Shown here: piece by piece, positions 28,390 to 38,220 of the stretch | How positions within the stretch are numbered: the stretch's first letter is position 1 | Layout of the letters: the number at the start of each line of letters is the position of its first letter | Origin: Gemmatimonadota bacterium | GTDB lineage: Bacteria > Gemmatimonadota > Gemmatimonadetes > Palauibacterales > Palauibacteraceae | Assembly: GCA_963666735.1 (NCBI GenBank) | Contig: OY762926.1 | Span: 192,001 to 256,000, forward strand | Direction of reading: 5' to 3' | DNA length: 64,000 nt | The notes under the pieces: generated by a model | What the model was told of the DNA's origin: nothing | Seen by the model: the letters and a program-made list of their open reading frames with translations, nothing else | Database searches by the model: none | Position numbers and translations under genes: made by a program

Positions 28390-29795
28390 GAGCCGGCCGC
28401 GTTGGCGCCGGGGGCCGCCAGCGAAAGTGCGCCCGTGCTGTCGCCGAACTGTTCGATGTCCTCCAGCCCGAGCGCGTGCATGAGGGAGAGCATCGCGTTC
28501 GCCATCGGCGTGCCCGCCGGCGCCCGCACGTGGACTCCGCCGTCCAGCTTTCCGTTCGCGCCGCCGGCCACGAACAGTGGGCAGCGCTTGTGGTTGTGCA
28601 CGTTGGGGTCGCCCATGGGCGAGCCGTAGATGACCATCGTCTTCTCGAGCAGGTCGGTCTCACCGTCCATCGTGTTCCGCAGCCGCTCGAGCAGGTACGG
28701 GACCATCGACACGTGGAACCGGTTGATCTGCGCGAAGTCGTCGATGTTCCCTTCGTCGGCGCCGTGGTGCGAGGCCGGGTGGAACGGCTTGTCGACGCCG
28801 CTCTCCGGGAAGACCCGGGCCGACGAGTCGCGCCCCAGCTTGAACGAGAACACCCGCGTCATGTCGGACTCGAACGCGAGCGCCTGGAGGTCGAACATCA
28901 ACCGCACGTGCTCGACGAAGGAGTCGGGCACGCCGGCCGGCGCCTCGGGCAGCGCCCGCTCCTCGCCGCTCCGGTTCTGCGTCTCGACACGCTCGATGCG
29001 CCGCTCGATCTCCCGCACGTTGTCGAGGTAGCGGTCGAGCCGGCGGACATCGACGGGTCCAAGTTCCCGGCGGAGTTCGCCGATGCGGCCCGCGATGAAG
29101 TCGAGCACGCTCCGGTTCGCCCGGCGGCGGGCGGCGCGTTCCTCCGCGCTTCCCCCGGCGCCGAACAGCTGGTCGAAGGCGACCCTTGGATCGCGGATCA
29201 TGGGGAGCGGTTCCGTCGGCGATTTCCAGCTGATCGTGTCCGTGTAGACGCACGCGTAGCCGTACGCGCAGCCGCCGGACTGGTCCACGTTCTCGATGCA
29301 GAGCTGCATGGAGGGGATCGGCGTGTTCTGCCCGAAGCGCTGGGCGTAGATCTGATCCATCGACGTCCCGGCGCGGATGTCCGAGCCTTCGGTCTGTCGC
29401 GGATGGGAGTGCGTGAGGAAGGTCGCGCTGGAGCGGAAGTGATCGCCGCCGATCTCCTTCGGAATCCTCGCCTCGGCCGCCGCGATATCGGTGTCGCTGA
29501 TGATCGTGAGCCGGTCCCGGAACGGTTCGAGAGAGGCGAGCGCCCCGGCGCCGAGGTCGAAGTCACGGCCCGTCTGCAGGGGCGACCAGTAGCCGCGCGA
29601 CGCTCCGTACGCGGTCGAGCCCGCCGCGCCGTGCACCATCTCGATCGCGATGAGCCGCGTCGGATCCGCGGGGCGGATCGATCCCCAGAGCCGTCCGGCG
29701 GGCACCATGGCGTCCAGCATCGGAAGCGCCACGGCGGCCCCCGCCCCACGGAGGAAGGTGCGGCGTGGAATGTACTTTCCCGTGATGATGTCCAT
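28386..29795 (-). CDS. DUF1552 protein (Tat-like signal)
   Basis: PRRTFLRGAGAAVALPMLDAM, SMDQ, MFDLQALAF and HPASHH. Confidence 0.85.
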   Translation of the reverse strand: MDIITGKYIPRRTFLRGAGAAVALPMLDAMVPAGRLWGSIRPADPTRLIAIEMVHGAAGSTAYGASRGYWSPLQTGRDFDLGAGALASLEPFRDRLTIISDTDIAAAEARIPKEIGGDHFRSSATFLTHSHPRQTEGSDIRAGTSMDQIYAQRFGQNTPIPSMQLCIENVDQSGGCAYGYACVYTDTISWKSPTEPLPMIRDPRVAFDQLFGAGGSAEERAARRRANRSVLDFIAGRIGELRRELGPVDVRRLDRYLDNVREIERRIERVETQNRSGEERALPEAPAGVPDSFVEHVRLMFDLQALAFESDMTRVFSFKLGRDSSARVFPESGVDKPFHPASHHGADEGNIDDFAQINRFHVSMVPYLLERLRNTMDGETDLLEKTMVIYGSPMGDPNVHNHKRCPLFVAGGANGKLDGGVHVRAPAGTPMANAMLSLMHALGLEDIEQFGDSTGALSLAAPGANAAGS

Positions 29796-29800
29796 CTGGA

Positions 29801-32320
29801 TCACGTCCCCTGGTTGGTTCCCCGGTTCGTCGCCTGGTCGGTCCCCTGGTGCGAGCCGGCTTCGTCCCCCTGTTCGACGATGGCCCCGCCGCGGCTCATG
29901 AGGAAGGCCGGGCTCTCCGCCACACCGAGGATGAAGGCGGACATGCGGTAGCCCTCCGCCTCCGCGCGACGCGTGATCCGGCGGACGGTCGGCATATCGA
30001 AGTACTCGACGCGGCGTCCGAGCGCGTAGGCCATGAGGTTCTCGGTGAACGTCCTCGCCAGCGACTCGCGCCGCGAGAGAAGGGCGGTCCGCAGGTCGGC
30101 CGGCCCCGCGAGCGGCGTCCCGTCGTACAGGTCGCCGCTGGGATCGACCGTGCGCCCCTGGTCCCTGATCCGGTAGGCGCCCGTCACGTCGAAGTTCTCG
30201 AGCGCGAGCCCCAGCGGATCGATGACGCGGTGGCAGGAACGGCAGGCGGGACTCGCCCGGTGCATCTCCAGCCGCTCGCGCACCGTCAGGAAGCGGCCCT
30301 CCTCGGCTTCGTCGATCGCCTCGAGATCGGGCACGTCCGGGGGCGGAGGGGGCGGCGGCGTCCCGAACAGTACCTCCATGATCCACTTGCCCCGCAGCAC
30401 CGGTGAGGTCCGGTTCGCGTGCGAGGTCGAGGTGAGAATGCTCCCGTGCGCCAGCACGCCGCGGCGGATGCCGTCGGGATAGTCGACCCTCCGGAAGTGG
30501 GTGCCGGCCACGCCGGAGATGCCGTAGTGCCGCGCGAGCCGCTCGTTCACGAAGGTGTAGTCCGCCGTCAGCAACTCGAAGAAGCTGCGGTCCTCCCGCA
30601 CGACGTGCTCGAACAGAAGCTCCGTCTCGCGTCGCATGTCGCGGGCGAGTTGCTCGTAGAAGTCGGGGAAGCGGAGCGCATCCGGGTGGACGTTGTCGAG
30701 GTCCTGCAGCCTCAGCCACTGCGCGGCGAAGCGCGTCGCGAGCCCCTCGGCGTTCGGGTGCGCGAGCATGCGGCGGACTTGGGTCGCCACTCCGCCGCCG
30801 TCGTCGAGCCCGCCCGTCCGCGCGGCTTCGATGAGTGCCTCGTCCGGCGGCATCCCCCACAGGAAGAAGGCGAGGCGCGAGGCGAGATCGAGCGGCGCAA
30901 TGCGGTACGGGCCCTCGGTGCCGGCCCCGGCTGCACCGGCGGGCGGTTCCTCAAAGCGGAAGATGAAGTCCGGGCTGGCGAGGATGCCCTGAAGCGCCGT
31001 CCGGACTCCGATCTCGAAGCTGTCCTCGAAGCCGTCGTCGAAGCCGTCCTCCGCCGCGCCGGCGTCGTACAGGGCGAGGAGCGGGTCGATGTCCGCCGCG
31101 TCCACCGGCCGCCGGTAGGCCCGCGCCGCCAGGCGCTCCACGATCTCCCGCGCGCAGCGGCGCTCCGCCGCCTCATCCCCGGTTTCGGGCCGGCACGTCA
31201 GCACGCGGGCCCGGGTCGGCGTCTCCGACACGCCCGACACGCCGAACGGCCCCCGGATCGTGAGGTCGCGGAGGTGGGCGACGACCGTGATCCCGTGCGA
31301 ATAGCCGATCTTCTTGTCGGCGAGACTCCATTCGTGCGGCGACACCAGGTCTTCGATCGGTCCGTCGAAGCGCTTGATGAAGGCGGCGGACACCCGGTGC
31401 GCCCCGGCCGTCACGTGAATCGGCTGCGTCTCGACCTGGACCCCGTCGGGATCCTGGCGGTGCATCCAGCGGTCGATGTCGATGAGCGCCCGCCGTTCCC
31501 CGTCCACGGAGAGTTCGACCTGCTCGTCGAAGGGCGTCGTCTGCCCGAAGAAGTTCCCGGTCGATTCGTGTTGGAAGGCGAGCCGGAAGATGTAGTCGCC
31601 GTCCGCCGCAAAGTTGTGGACGACGGAGATCCCGCCGCGCGTGCCGATCGGGGTTCCCGGCACATGCTGTCGCTGCTCGGCGTAGCGGGACACCTCGTAT
31701 TCCGTCTCGCTGGGCGTCACGGTCGGGTCCCCGAGCGCGAGCCGGCTGATTTCGCTCGCCGCGGTCAGGTATCCCTCGAGCAGGGTCGCGGAGAGGTTCT
31801 GGACGTCCGCGATGTTGTCGAAGCCCGCGCTGATCGTCTCGTTCGGCAGGTAGGCGGAGGCGTCGATATCGAGTCCGAGCAGCGCCCGGATCGAGCGCTC
31901 GTACTCCGCCCGGTTCAGCCGCTGGAAGGAGCGGACGCCGGGGTCGGGCCGATCGGCCGCGACGGCATCGACACGCGCTTCGAGCGTCTCGGCGAGCTCG
32001 AGCAGGTCTTCAGGCGGAGGGCGCCGTATCCCGGGTGGCGGCATCATCCCGGCGCGCAGCTTCCGGATCATCTTCTCCGCCGTCTCCGCCTCGAGGTGCG
32101 CCATCGCCACCTCGAAACGCTCCAGCGAGAGGTTCCCCAGCACCCGCGTGTCGTTGTGGCAGTTCGTGCAGACCTGGCTCACGATCCTCTGCGGGATCGT
32201 GTCCGGGGCGAATCCGGAGGCCCGGGCGGGGGGAGGGGCGGAGAGGGACGAGCCGCCGGGGAGCGCGGAAATCGGCCCCCAGAGGGCGATACAGGACAGC
32301 GCAACCGCGAGTCTCTTCAT
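29801..32320 (-). CDS. DUF1587/1595/1592/1588/1585 protein with two CxxCH motifs
   Basis: CTNCH, RLNRAEYE, LASRLAFFLW, TSPVLRGKWI and CRSCH..IDPLG.ALENFD. Confidence 0.88.
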   Translation of the reverse strand: MKRLAVALSCIALWGPISALPGGSSLSAPPPARASGFAPDTIPQRIVSQVCTNCHNDTRVLGNLSLERFEVAMAHLEAETAEKMIRKLRAGMMPPPGIRRPPPEDLLELAETLEARVDAVAADRPDPGVRSFQRLNRAEYERSIRALLGLDIDASAYLPNETISAGFDNIADVQNLSATLLEGYLTAASEISRLALGDPTVTPSETEYEVSRYAEQRQHVPGTPIGTRGGISVVHNFAADGDYIFRLAFQHESTGNFFGQTTPFDEQVELSVDGERRALIDIDRWMHRQDPDGVQVETQPIHVTAGAHRVSAAFIKRFDGPIEDLVSPHEWSLADKKIGYSHGITVVAHLRDLTIRGPFGVSGVSETPTRARVLTCRPETGDEAAERRCAREIVERLAARAYRRPVDAADIDPLLALYDAGAAEDGFDDGFEDSFEIGVRTALQGILASPDFIFRFEEPPAGAAGAGTEGPYRIAPLDLASRLAFFLWGMPPDEALIEAARTGGLDDGGGVATQVRRMLAHPNAEGLATRFAAQWLRLQDLDNVHPDALRFPDFYEQLARDMRRETELLFEHVVREDRSFFELLTADYTFVNERLARHYGISGVAGTHFRRVDYPDGIRRGVLAHGSILTSTSHANRTSPVLRGKWIMEVLFGTPPPPPPPDVPDLEAIDEAEEGRFLTVRERLEMHRASPACRSCHRVIDPLGLALENFDVTGAYRIRDQGRTVDPSGDLYDGTPLAGPADLRTALLSRRESLARTFTENLMAYALGRRVEYFDMPTVRRITRRAEAEGYRMSAFILGVAESPAFLMSRGGAIVEQGDEAGSHQGTDQATNRGTNQGT

Positions 32321-32440
32321 GGAATCGCCCGTCCTCCGCGACGGTAGTGCGATCTGACTCTTCGAACCTACTCCTGTCTAACCCTTCAATATAGGGACGC
32401 CGACCCGATTTCGCCCTACGCTCGCCCGCGTTCGGCCTAG

Positions 32441-34085
32441 GAGCCTGCGCCGTAGAAACCGATGGTGCGGCGCGTTTCGGGTGGTTATGGTGATGGCGTG
32501 CTGTGACGGGTTCAAGTTCGGCGCGGGGAGTTGGCGATGAGTGCGAGGTCTCTACCGTACGATCCGGAGAGGATGCGGACGAGGTTCCGCCCGTACGATC
32601 CGGACCAGCGGTTGCTGCTGCCGCAGGATCTTCGCGAGTGGGTGCCGGCGGGGCATCTGGCGCACCACGTGAGCGATCTGGTGGACGCGCTGGACCTGTC
32701 GGCGTTCTACGCGCGGTACGAGGGGGACGGACGCCGTCGGAGCCCGTACGATCCGCGGATGATGGTGAAGGTTCTGCTGTACGGTTACGCGACGGGGGTG
32801 TTCTCGTCTCGGAAGCTGGCGCGGAAGCTGGAGGAGGACGTGCCGCTCAGGATGCTGGCGGCGGGGAACTTTCCGGCGCACCGGACGCTGTGCGAGTTCC
32901 GGAAGAAGAACCTGAGGGCGTTCGGTGCGTTGTTCGCCGAGGCGGTGCTTCTGGCGCGGGAGCTGGGTCTGGCGGGGCTGGGCCGGGTGGCGGTGGACGG
33001 GACGAAGGTTCGGGCGAACGCGAGCAAGCGGAAGGCGATGAGCTACGGGCGGATGGGTCCGGAGGAGGCGCGCCTGGAGGCGGAGATCGCGGAGTTGCTG
33101 GCGCGTGCGGAGGCGGCCGACGCGGAGGAGGACGAGCGGCACGGGGAGGACGTTCGGGGCGACGAGCTGCCGGAGGAGCTGAAGCGGCGGGAGGACCGGC
33201 TGGCGGCGATCCGGGCGGCGCGGGCTCGTCTGGAGGCGGAGGCGCGGGAGCGCGACGACGCGCGGGGCCGGGAGCCGGAGTGGGACCGCAACCCGAAGGG
33301 GGGGTCGCCGTACAAGCTGGCCTACGGGGAGCCGGAGGCGGACTCGCAGACGAACTTCACGGATCCGGAGAGCCGGATCATGCGGACGAGCACGGAGGGC
33401 TACCAGCAGTGCTACAACGCGCAGGCGGTGGTCGACGGCGAGAGCCAGCTGGTGCTGGGGGCGGAGGTGACCGACAACGCGAGCGACCAGGGGCAGCTGG
33501 TGGAGCGGGTGGACGAGGTGTCCGGGCGGTTGGGGGAGACGCCGGGCGAGGTGCTGGCCGACGCGGGCTACTCGAACGAGGAGGATCTGGCGGCTCTGGA
33601 TGCGCGGGGGATCGACGGCTACGTGGCGCTGGGCCGGGAGGGCAAGGGGGCCGGCAAGCCCGACCCGAAGAAGCTCCCGGCGACGGCGCGCATGGCGAAG
33701 AAGCTGGAGACTCCCCAGGGCCGGGCGGTGTATGCCAAGCGCAAGTGGATCGCCGAAGCGCCCATCGGGTGGGTCAAGGAGGCGATGGGGTTCAGGAGGT
33801 TCAGCCTCAGGGGCTTGGAGAACGTGCGCGGCGAGTGGGATCTGGTGTGTCTGGCGCTCAACGCGCGGCGCCTCCACGTCCTTCGGGCCGCGTGAGGGGC
33901 GAAATCTTCGCGCCGGAGGGCCTCCGGGGCCCGAAACGCGGCCGGATCCACCCGGAAACGGCGCCGGCGCGGCGGCTTCGCCCGCGCGACGGCGGCTCCC
34001 GCCGACAACCGGCGCCCCTCAGCCTCCGGGCGGCCGCGCTTCCCGGGATCCGCCGCCCTTCGCGACCGTTCTACCGCGCAAGCTC
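32441..34085 (+). mobile_element. IS1182-family insertion sequence (1645 bp)
   Basis: IRs GAGCCTGCGCCGTAGAA and (reverse complement) GAGCTTGCGCGGTAGAA match at 15/17; flanked by a CTAG duplication (32437-32440, 34086-34089). Confidence 0.92.
32537..33895 (+). CDS. IS1182-family transposase
   Basis: YDPRMMVKVLLYGY..G..SSRK, VDGTK..ANAS, TDPESR, YNAQ, ADAGY and FRRFSLRGL. Confidence 0.92.
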   Translation: MSARSLPYDPERMRTRFRPYDPDQRLLLPQDLREWVPAGHLAHHVSDLVDALDLSAFYARYEGDGRRRSPYDPRMMVKVLLYGYATGVFSSRKLARKLEEDVPLRMLAAGNFPAHRTLCEFRKKNLRAFGALFAEAVLLARELGLAGLGRVAVDGTKVRANASKRKAMSYGRMGPEEARLEAEIAELLARAEAADAEEDERHGEDVRGDELPEELKRREDRLAAIRAARARLEAEARERDDARGREPEWDRNPKGGSPYKLAYGEPEADSQTNFTDPESRIMRTSTEGYQQCYNAQAVVDGESQLVLGAEVTDNASDQGQLVERVDEVSGRLGETPGEVLADAGYSNEEDLAALDARGIDGYVALGREGKGAGKPDPKKLPATARMAKKLETPQGRAVYAKRKWIAEAPIGWVKEAMGFRRFSLRGLENVRGEWDLVCLALNARRLHVLRAA

Positions 34086-34921
34086 CTAGGCGGATCCTCC
34101 GCGCCCCCCGGCTCCGGCCCGGTGCAGCTTGTACATCCCGATGGTCAGCAGCGGCAGCACGAAGATGAAGAGAAACACCCAGCTCAGGGCGCCGAATCCG
34201 GTGGCGATGAGATCGATGATTCCGAATCGCTGGAACGCGATCTGGAACCCGCGACCCGAGCAGCTCGATCAGATGGTTGGCGGGCACGGGCCGCTGCAGG
34301 ATGTCGGGGTACTGGCTCGCCATCGCCACGAGGAAGAGGATGCCCGGGATCATCGCGACCGGACCCGTCAACGCGCCGGCCCACAGCGCTTCCCGCCGCC
34401 GCCGGATGTGGCGGGTCGCGAACAGCATCGCCGGCACGAGCGAGAGCTGCAGGACTCCGTAGCGGAACCCCGACAGCGCCCAGCCGCCGCGTACTTCTCC
34501 CGACGCGAGCGCCGCCCCGATGCCATCGCCGAAGCGGGCGATCGACCAGGCGAAGAAGACGATGTAGGCGCCGTACAGGAGGAAGGACCAGCCGGAGAAG
34601 AACCGCTCGATCGTCCCCGTCCCCTTGAAGACGAGGAAGCCGATGGCGGCGAGGAGCCCGATCACCCCGACCGCGTACGGGAGACCGAACGTCTCCAGCA
34701 GGAACGTCCCCGCCGCCGATCCGATCACGGCCAGAATCAGGAGGACGGCGCACGGGAAGCCGATCTCGTACACGAACCAGGCGCGGCCCAGCAGCCCGCC
34801 CAGCGGTCCGAACCGGAGGAAGAACTCCACGAGTTCGCGCCCCGTCCCGTACCCACCCGCGATGATGATGGACTGGAAGACGAACCCCGGCAGCAGATTA
34901 CCGCCGAAACCACGAACTCAT
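34086..34921 (-). pseudogene. YkvI-like membrane protein, multiply disrupted
   Basis: MSSWFRR then TAA at 34898-34900 (one extra base); the shifted frame gives LLPGFVFQSIIIAGGYGTGRELVEFF; another frame change near 34250; the final TAG is the IS CTAG duplication. Confidence 0.75.
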
Positions 34922-36849
34922 CGGCTCCTCCCGACGCGCTGACCCTGGCAGCGGGGATGCACCGGCGCTTCACGAGGAGACGCGAGCGGTTCACGCCGAT
35001 ACTCGACCAGCGCCGACCGGCCGACGATCTTGAGTATCCGGATCCAGCACTCGCTCCCGGCGTCGTCCCCGGCGTCGTCCTCCACGTGAAGCAGGGGAGA
35101 CTCAAGACCCGGCCGAATGTACACTGGCCGCTCCGGCTCGCCGGTCATCTCGCCGGCCATCTCGCCGGTCATCTCGCCATTGATGGCGATATTCTCCGCC
35201 CGGATGTGTGCCGTGTCGAACGTCTGGCCGAACGGTGACAGGTAGTCGCCGGCGGTGACGGTCACACGCCCCGCGAGGCCCGGAATGCTGCCCCAACCCT
35301 GCGGGAAGATGACGCCACCGCCGCCCGGAAGGCGGGCGAGTTCGATCGCGACCGTCCGCTCCGCCGGGATCCATTCGCGCTCCAGCCATGCCTCGAAGCC
35401 GGGAGCGGCTACGAACAGCGTAAGTGGCAGCGTGAGCGGCAGACTCGGTGACGGACTCGGTGAACGGTTCGCTGACGGCGGACGAGCGGCCAGGTCGAGG
35501 ATCGCCTCGCCGCGCGCGTCGGTCCTCGCGGACTTCCACCTCACATTCGGATGAATCGGAGACACCACAAGGACATTCGCACCGGCGACCGGCCGCCCTC
35601 CCGAGAGTACTTGCACGACGCCGGCTCCATCACGCAGGGCCGCGTCGCGGACCATCCGCCACGGCAGAACTTCGCCGTCCCTCCACGCCTGGCGCTCATC
35701 GCCGCCGTACACGACGACGGGATCGCCAGCGAGCGGCTCCGGGAAGTGATTTCGCACGCGCCGGATCGTGCGCAACATGTCTGACGAGAGCGAGCCCGAG
35801 GATCTTGCCTCGACCAGGGTCCGTCTCGGCGTTCGGCCCGGCGTCCGGCCGCTCGCGTGGTCGATCACCAGGTCCGCCTCGACGCCGTTCCGGTCTCGAT
35901 AGAAGGTCAAGCCCAGCTGTCCCAGACCCAGGTTGGACCGGTTCTTCAACACTTCCGAGACCACCCAGGTCTCGAAGATGGGGCCGCGCAGCGGGTGGGA
36001 ACCCAGCTGGCGCAGTTCGTGGATGCCCAGGAGCCAGCAGGCCAGGCCGGTGTCGCAGAAGTAGAGTTTCGGTGTTTTCACGAGCCGCTTGCGGAGGTTG
36101 CCGCGGAACGCGGGCAGGCGGAACGCAATGCAACTTGCCTCGAGGACATCGACCCACTTCTTGGCCGTCGGCCGGGAAATACCACAGTCGTTGGCCAGCG
36201 ACGAGTAGTTGAGGAGTTGGCCCGTGCGGCTCGCACACGACTCAAGGAATCGCTGGAACGTCGCGAGGTCGCCGACGTTCAGGATCGTTCGAACGTCGCG
36301 TTCCAGATACCTGTCGATGTACGCGCGGAGCCAGGCAGTCGGATCGAGTGCATGATCGAGGATTCGCGGATAGCCCCCGGTGAAGATCGCTTCGTCGAGA
36401 CTGACTGGGGGGTGGGCGAAGCGTCGGATTTCTCCCCATGTCAGCGGCAGCAGTTCGTGTAGTTCGGCGCGCCCGGCCAGCGATCGGCTGATGGACTCCG
36501 GGAGGAGCGGATTCCGGGAGCCGACGAGGATCCAGCGGCCGGGCGCCGGGTCGTCGTCAACGGTGCCCCGCAGGTAATGCAGCAACGCGGGCGCGCGTTG
36601 GATCTCATCGATGACGACCCCTTCCGCACCGTCCGGTTCCGCACCGTCCGGGAGTTCTGCGAGGAAGCCGCATGGATCGCCGAGCGCGAAGGCTCGCGCG
36701 TCCGGCGCTTCGAGCGTCCGGTAGACGTGCGTAGGGAACAGGGCCCGGCACAGCGTCGTCTTCCCACTCTGCCTGGGCCCCGTGAGCGTCACGACGGGCA
36801 TGGTCGCCGCGGCCCGTCTGAGCAACGGTGCAAGATCTCGCGCGATCAT
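34918..36849 (-). CDS. AAA_14/DUF4143 ATPase with a long C-terminal extension
   Basis: GPRQSGKTT, IDEIQ, GGYP, YLERDV, KLYFCDTGL, FETWV and YRDRNG.EAD; about 240 extra residues follow. Confidence 0.85.
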   Translation of the reverse strand: MIARDLAPLLRRAAATMPVVTLTGPRQSGKTTLCRALFPTHVYRTLEAPDARAFALGDPCGFLAELPDGAEPDGAEGVVIDEIQRAPALLHYLRGTVDDDPAPGRWILVGSRNPLLPESISRSLAGRAELHELLPLTWGEIRRFAHPPVSLDEAIFTGGYPRILDHALDPTAWLRAYIDRYLERDVRTILNVGDLATFQRFLESCASRTGQLLNYSSLANDCGISRPTAKKWVDVLEASCIAFRLPAFRGNLRKRLVKTPKLYFCDTGLACWLLGIHELRQLGSHPLRGPIFETWVVSEVLKNRSNLGLGQLGLTFYRDRNGVEADLVIDHASGRTPGRTPRRTLVEARSSGSLSSDMLRTIRRVRNHFPEPLAGDPVVVYGGDERQAWRDGEVLPWRMVRDAALRDGAGVVQVLSGGRPVAGANVLVVSPIHPNVRWKSARTDARGEAILDLAARPPSANRSPSPSPSLPLTLPLTLFVAAPGFEAWLEREWIPAERTVAIELARLPGGGGVIFPQGWGSIPGLAGRVTVTAGDYLSPFGQTFDTAHIRAENIAINGEMTGEMAGEMTGEPERPVYIRPGLESPLLHVEDDAGDDAGSECWIRILKIVGRSALVEYRREPLASPREAPVHPRCQGQRVGRSR

Positions 36850-36874
36850 CGGTGGATTGGCACCCCTGTGTCGG

Positions 36875-36913
36875 CTTATGCCAATTGCAAGTCTGACCTT
36901 CAATTGGCATAAG
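36875..36913. promoter_or_regulatory. Inverted repeat, putative operator
   Basis: CTTATGCCAATTG-N13-CAATTGGCATAAG, perfect AT-rich 13-bp arms 25 bp upstream of the ATPase start. Confidence 0.55.
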
Positions 36914-37005
36914 GCGGTACAGGAAGATCACGCAACCACCACCTGCAGGAACCAGAGATCGGCATTCCCTCGGAGTTGCCCCTCTGGTTGCCGGGCGCGG
37001 CGGGG

Positions 37006-38220
37006 CTAGCCCGGGGCTGGGGGCTCGATTCCGTCACGCCAGGTGGCGAGCGGGATTGGGCTCGGCCGGCGCTCGCGTATCGAGGAGGACAGCACCTCCA
37101 GCACGCGCATCGAGATGCCGCCGAGGCGCTCGCGCCAGCGCTGGCGCCGCTCTTTCGTCGGCTCCCGGGAGCGCGCGAGGTCGGGCTCGAGTATGCGCTC
37201 TCCGATCTCGCGGACGAGACCGGGGGCGCTCGTGATGAGCACGATTTCCGGCTGCATGCGAAAGCTCACGTAGTCGAAGTTCGCCGAACCGAGGACGACC
37301 GAATCGTCGATCCGCATGACCTTGGCGTGGGTCATGGGTCCGGGGAGAATGAGAACCTCGAACCCTTCGCGGCGCGACGCATCGAGCGTGCCCCATTTCA
37401 TCACGGCCCGGTTGTGCGCCTCCGGCATCATCACGGTGACGTGCGCGCCGCGGCGGTGCGCTCGGCCGAGGGCGCTCCAGAACGGCTCGCTGACGTACGG
37501 GCACTGGACGATGATCCGGCGTGTGGCCCGGTCGAGTGCGCGGGAGACGGCAGCGCGCAGCCCGGCGTTGCCCCGGCCGTCGCCGACCACGATCTCGTCG
37601 CCATCGATCTCCGCGGCGGCCGCCTGGTCGTTCCCCCGCCACGTGTGCTCGAAGTCCTCGCGCAGGAACGCCGCAATCCCCGGGCTTTCGATCCGGACCA
37701 TGAAGTCGTGCCAGGCGAAGTTGTGGTCGCTGAAGTTGATCCCGCCCAGGTAGGCGACCCGATCGTCGATCGTGATGAGCTTCTTGTGGTTGCGGGCAAT
37801 GAGTCGGTGAAACCGCCGTCCCACGGGCCACGCGAACCTCACGGGCACCTTCGCTCGCTCCAGCCGGTCGCACATGTCTCCGGTGGCCGCGACCTCCCGC
37901 TGGAGCCCGGCGTCGCGCCGCGCCGCCGGCAGGCCGATGAAGCGGTCGTTGATCAGGTACTTCGTCACGGCGTCCACGACGATGCGCTTCCGGGGCGCCT
38001 CGCAGGCCAGCAGGGCCTCGGCCAGGCCGAGCCCGGCCGCGTCGCCCTCGAACGAGAGCGTCTGGACGTAGACGTAATCGCGCGCCCCACCGATGTCCCG
38101 CTCAAGGTGCTCCCAGAACTCGGCCCCCCCGAGGCAGAGTCGCATCGGAGCGGACGCGGGGTGGCGCGTCCGGGGCGCTCGCGCATCCGTCGCGGGCGTC
38201 CACGCCCCGGTCACGTTCAC
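37006..38220 (-). CDS. Phospholipase D/cardiolipin synthase family protein
   Basis: Two HKD motifs: HKKLITID..GGIN and HAKVMRID..GSAN. Confidence 0.88.
   Translation of the reverse strand: MNVTGAWTPATDARAPRTRHPASAPMRLCLGGAEFWEHLERDIGGARDYVYVQTLSFEGDAAGLGLAEALLACEAPRKRIVVDAVTKYLINDRFIGLPAARRDAGLQREVAATGDMCDRLERAKVPVRFAWPVGRRFHRLIARNHKKLITIDDRVAYLGGINFSDHNFAWHDFMVRIESPGIAAFLREDFEHTWRGNDQAAAAEIDGDEIVVGDGRGNAGLRAAVSRALDRATRRIIVQCPYVSEPFWSALGRAHRRGAHVTVMMPEAHNRAVMKWGTLDASRREGFEVLILPGPMTHAKVMRIDDSVVLGSANFDYVSFRMQPEIVLITSAPGLVREIGERILEPDLARSREPTKERRQRWRERLGGISMRVLEVLSSSIRERRPSPIPLATWRDGIEPPAPG

Noticed and set aside
29796..30860. Extended 824-aa version of the DUF1552 ORF
   Set aside because: The extension overlaps the upstream gene out of frame; ATG 29795 precedes the Tat-like motif.
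33619..34085. 403-aa minus-strand ORF running into the IS1182
   Set aside because: Artefact of the frameshifted YkvI-like pseudogene reading into the IS.
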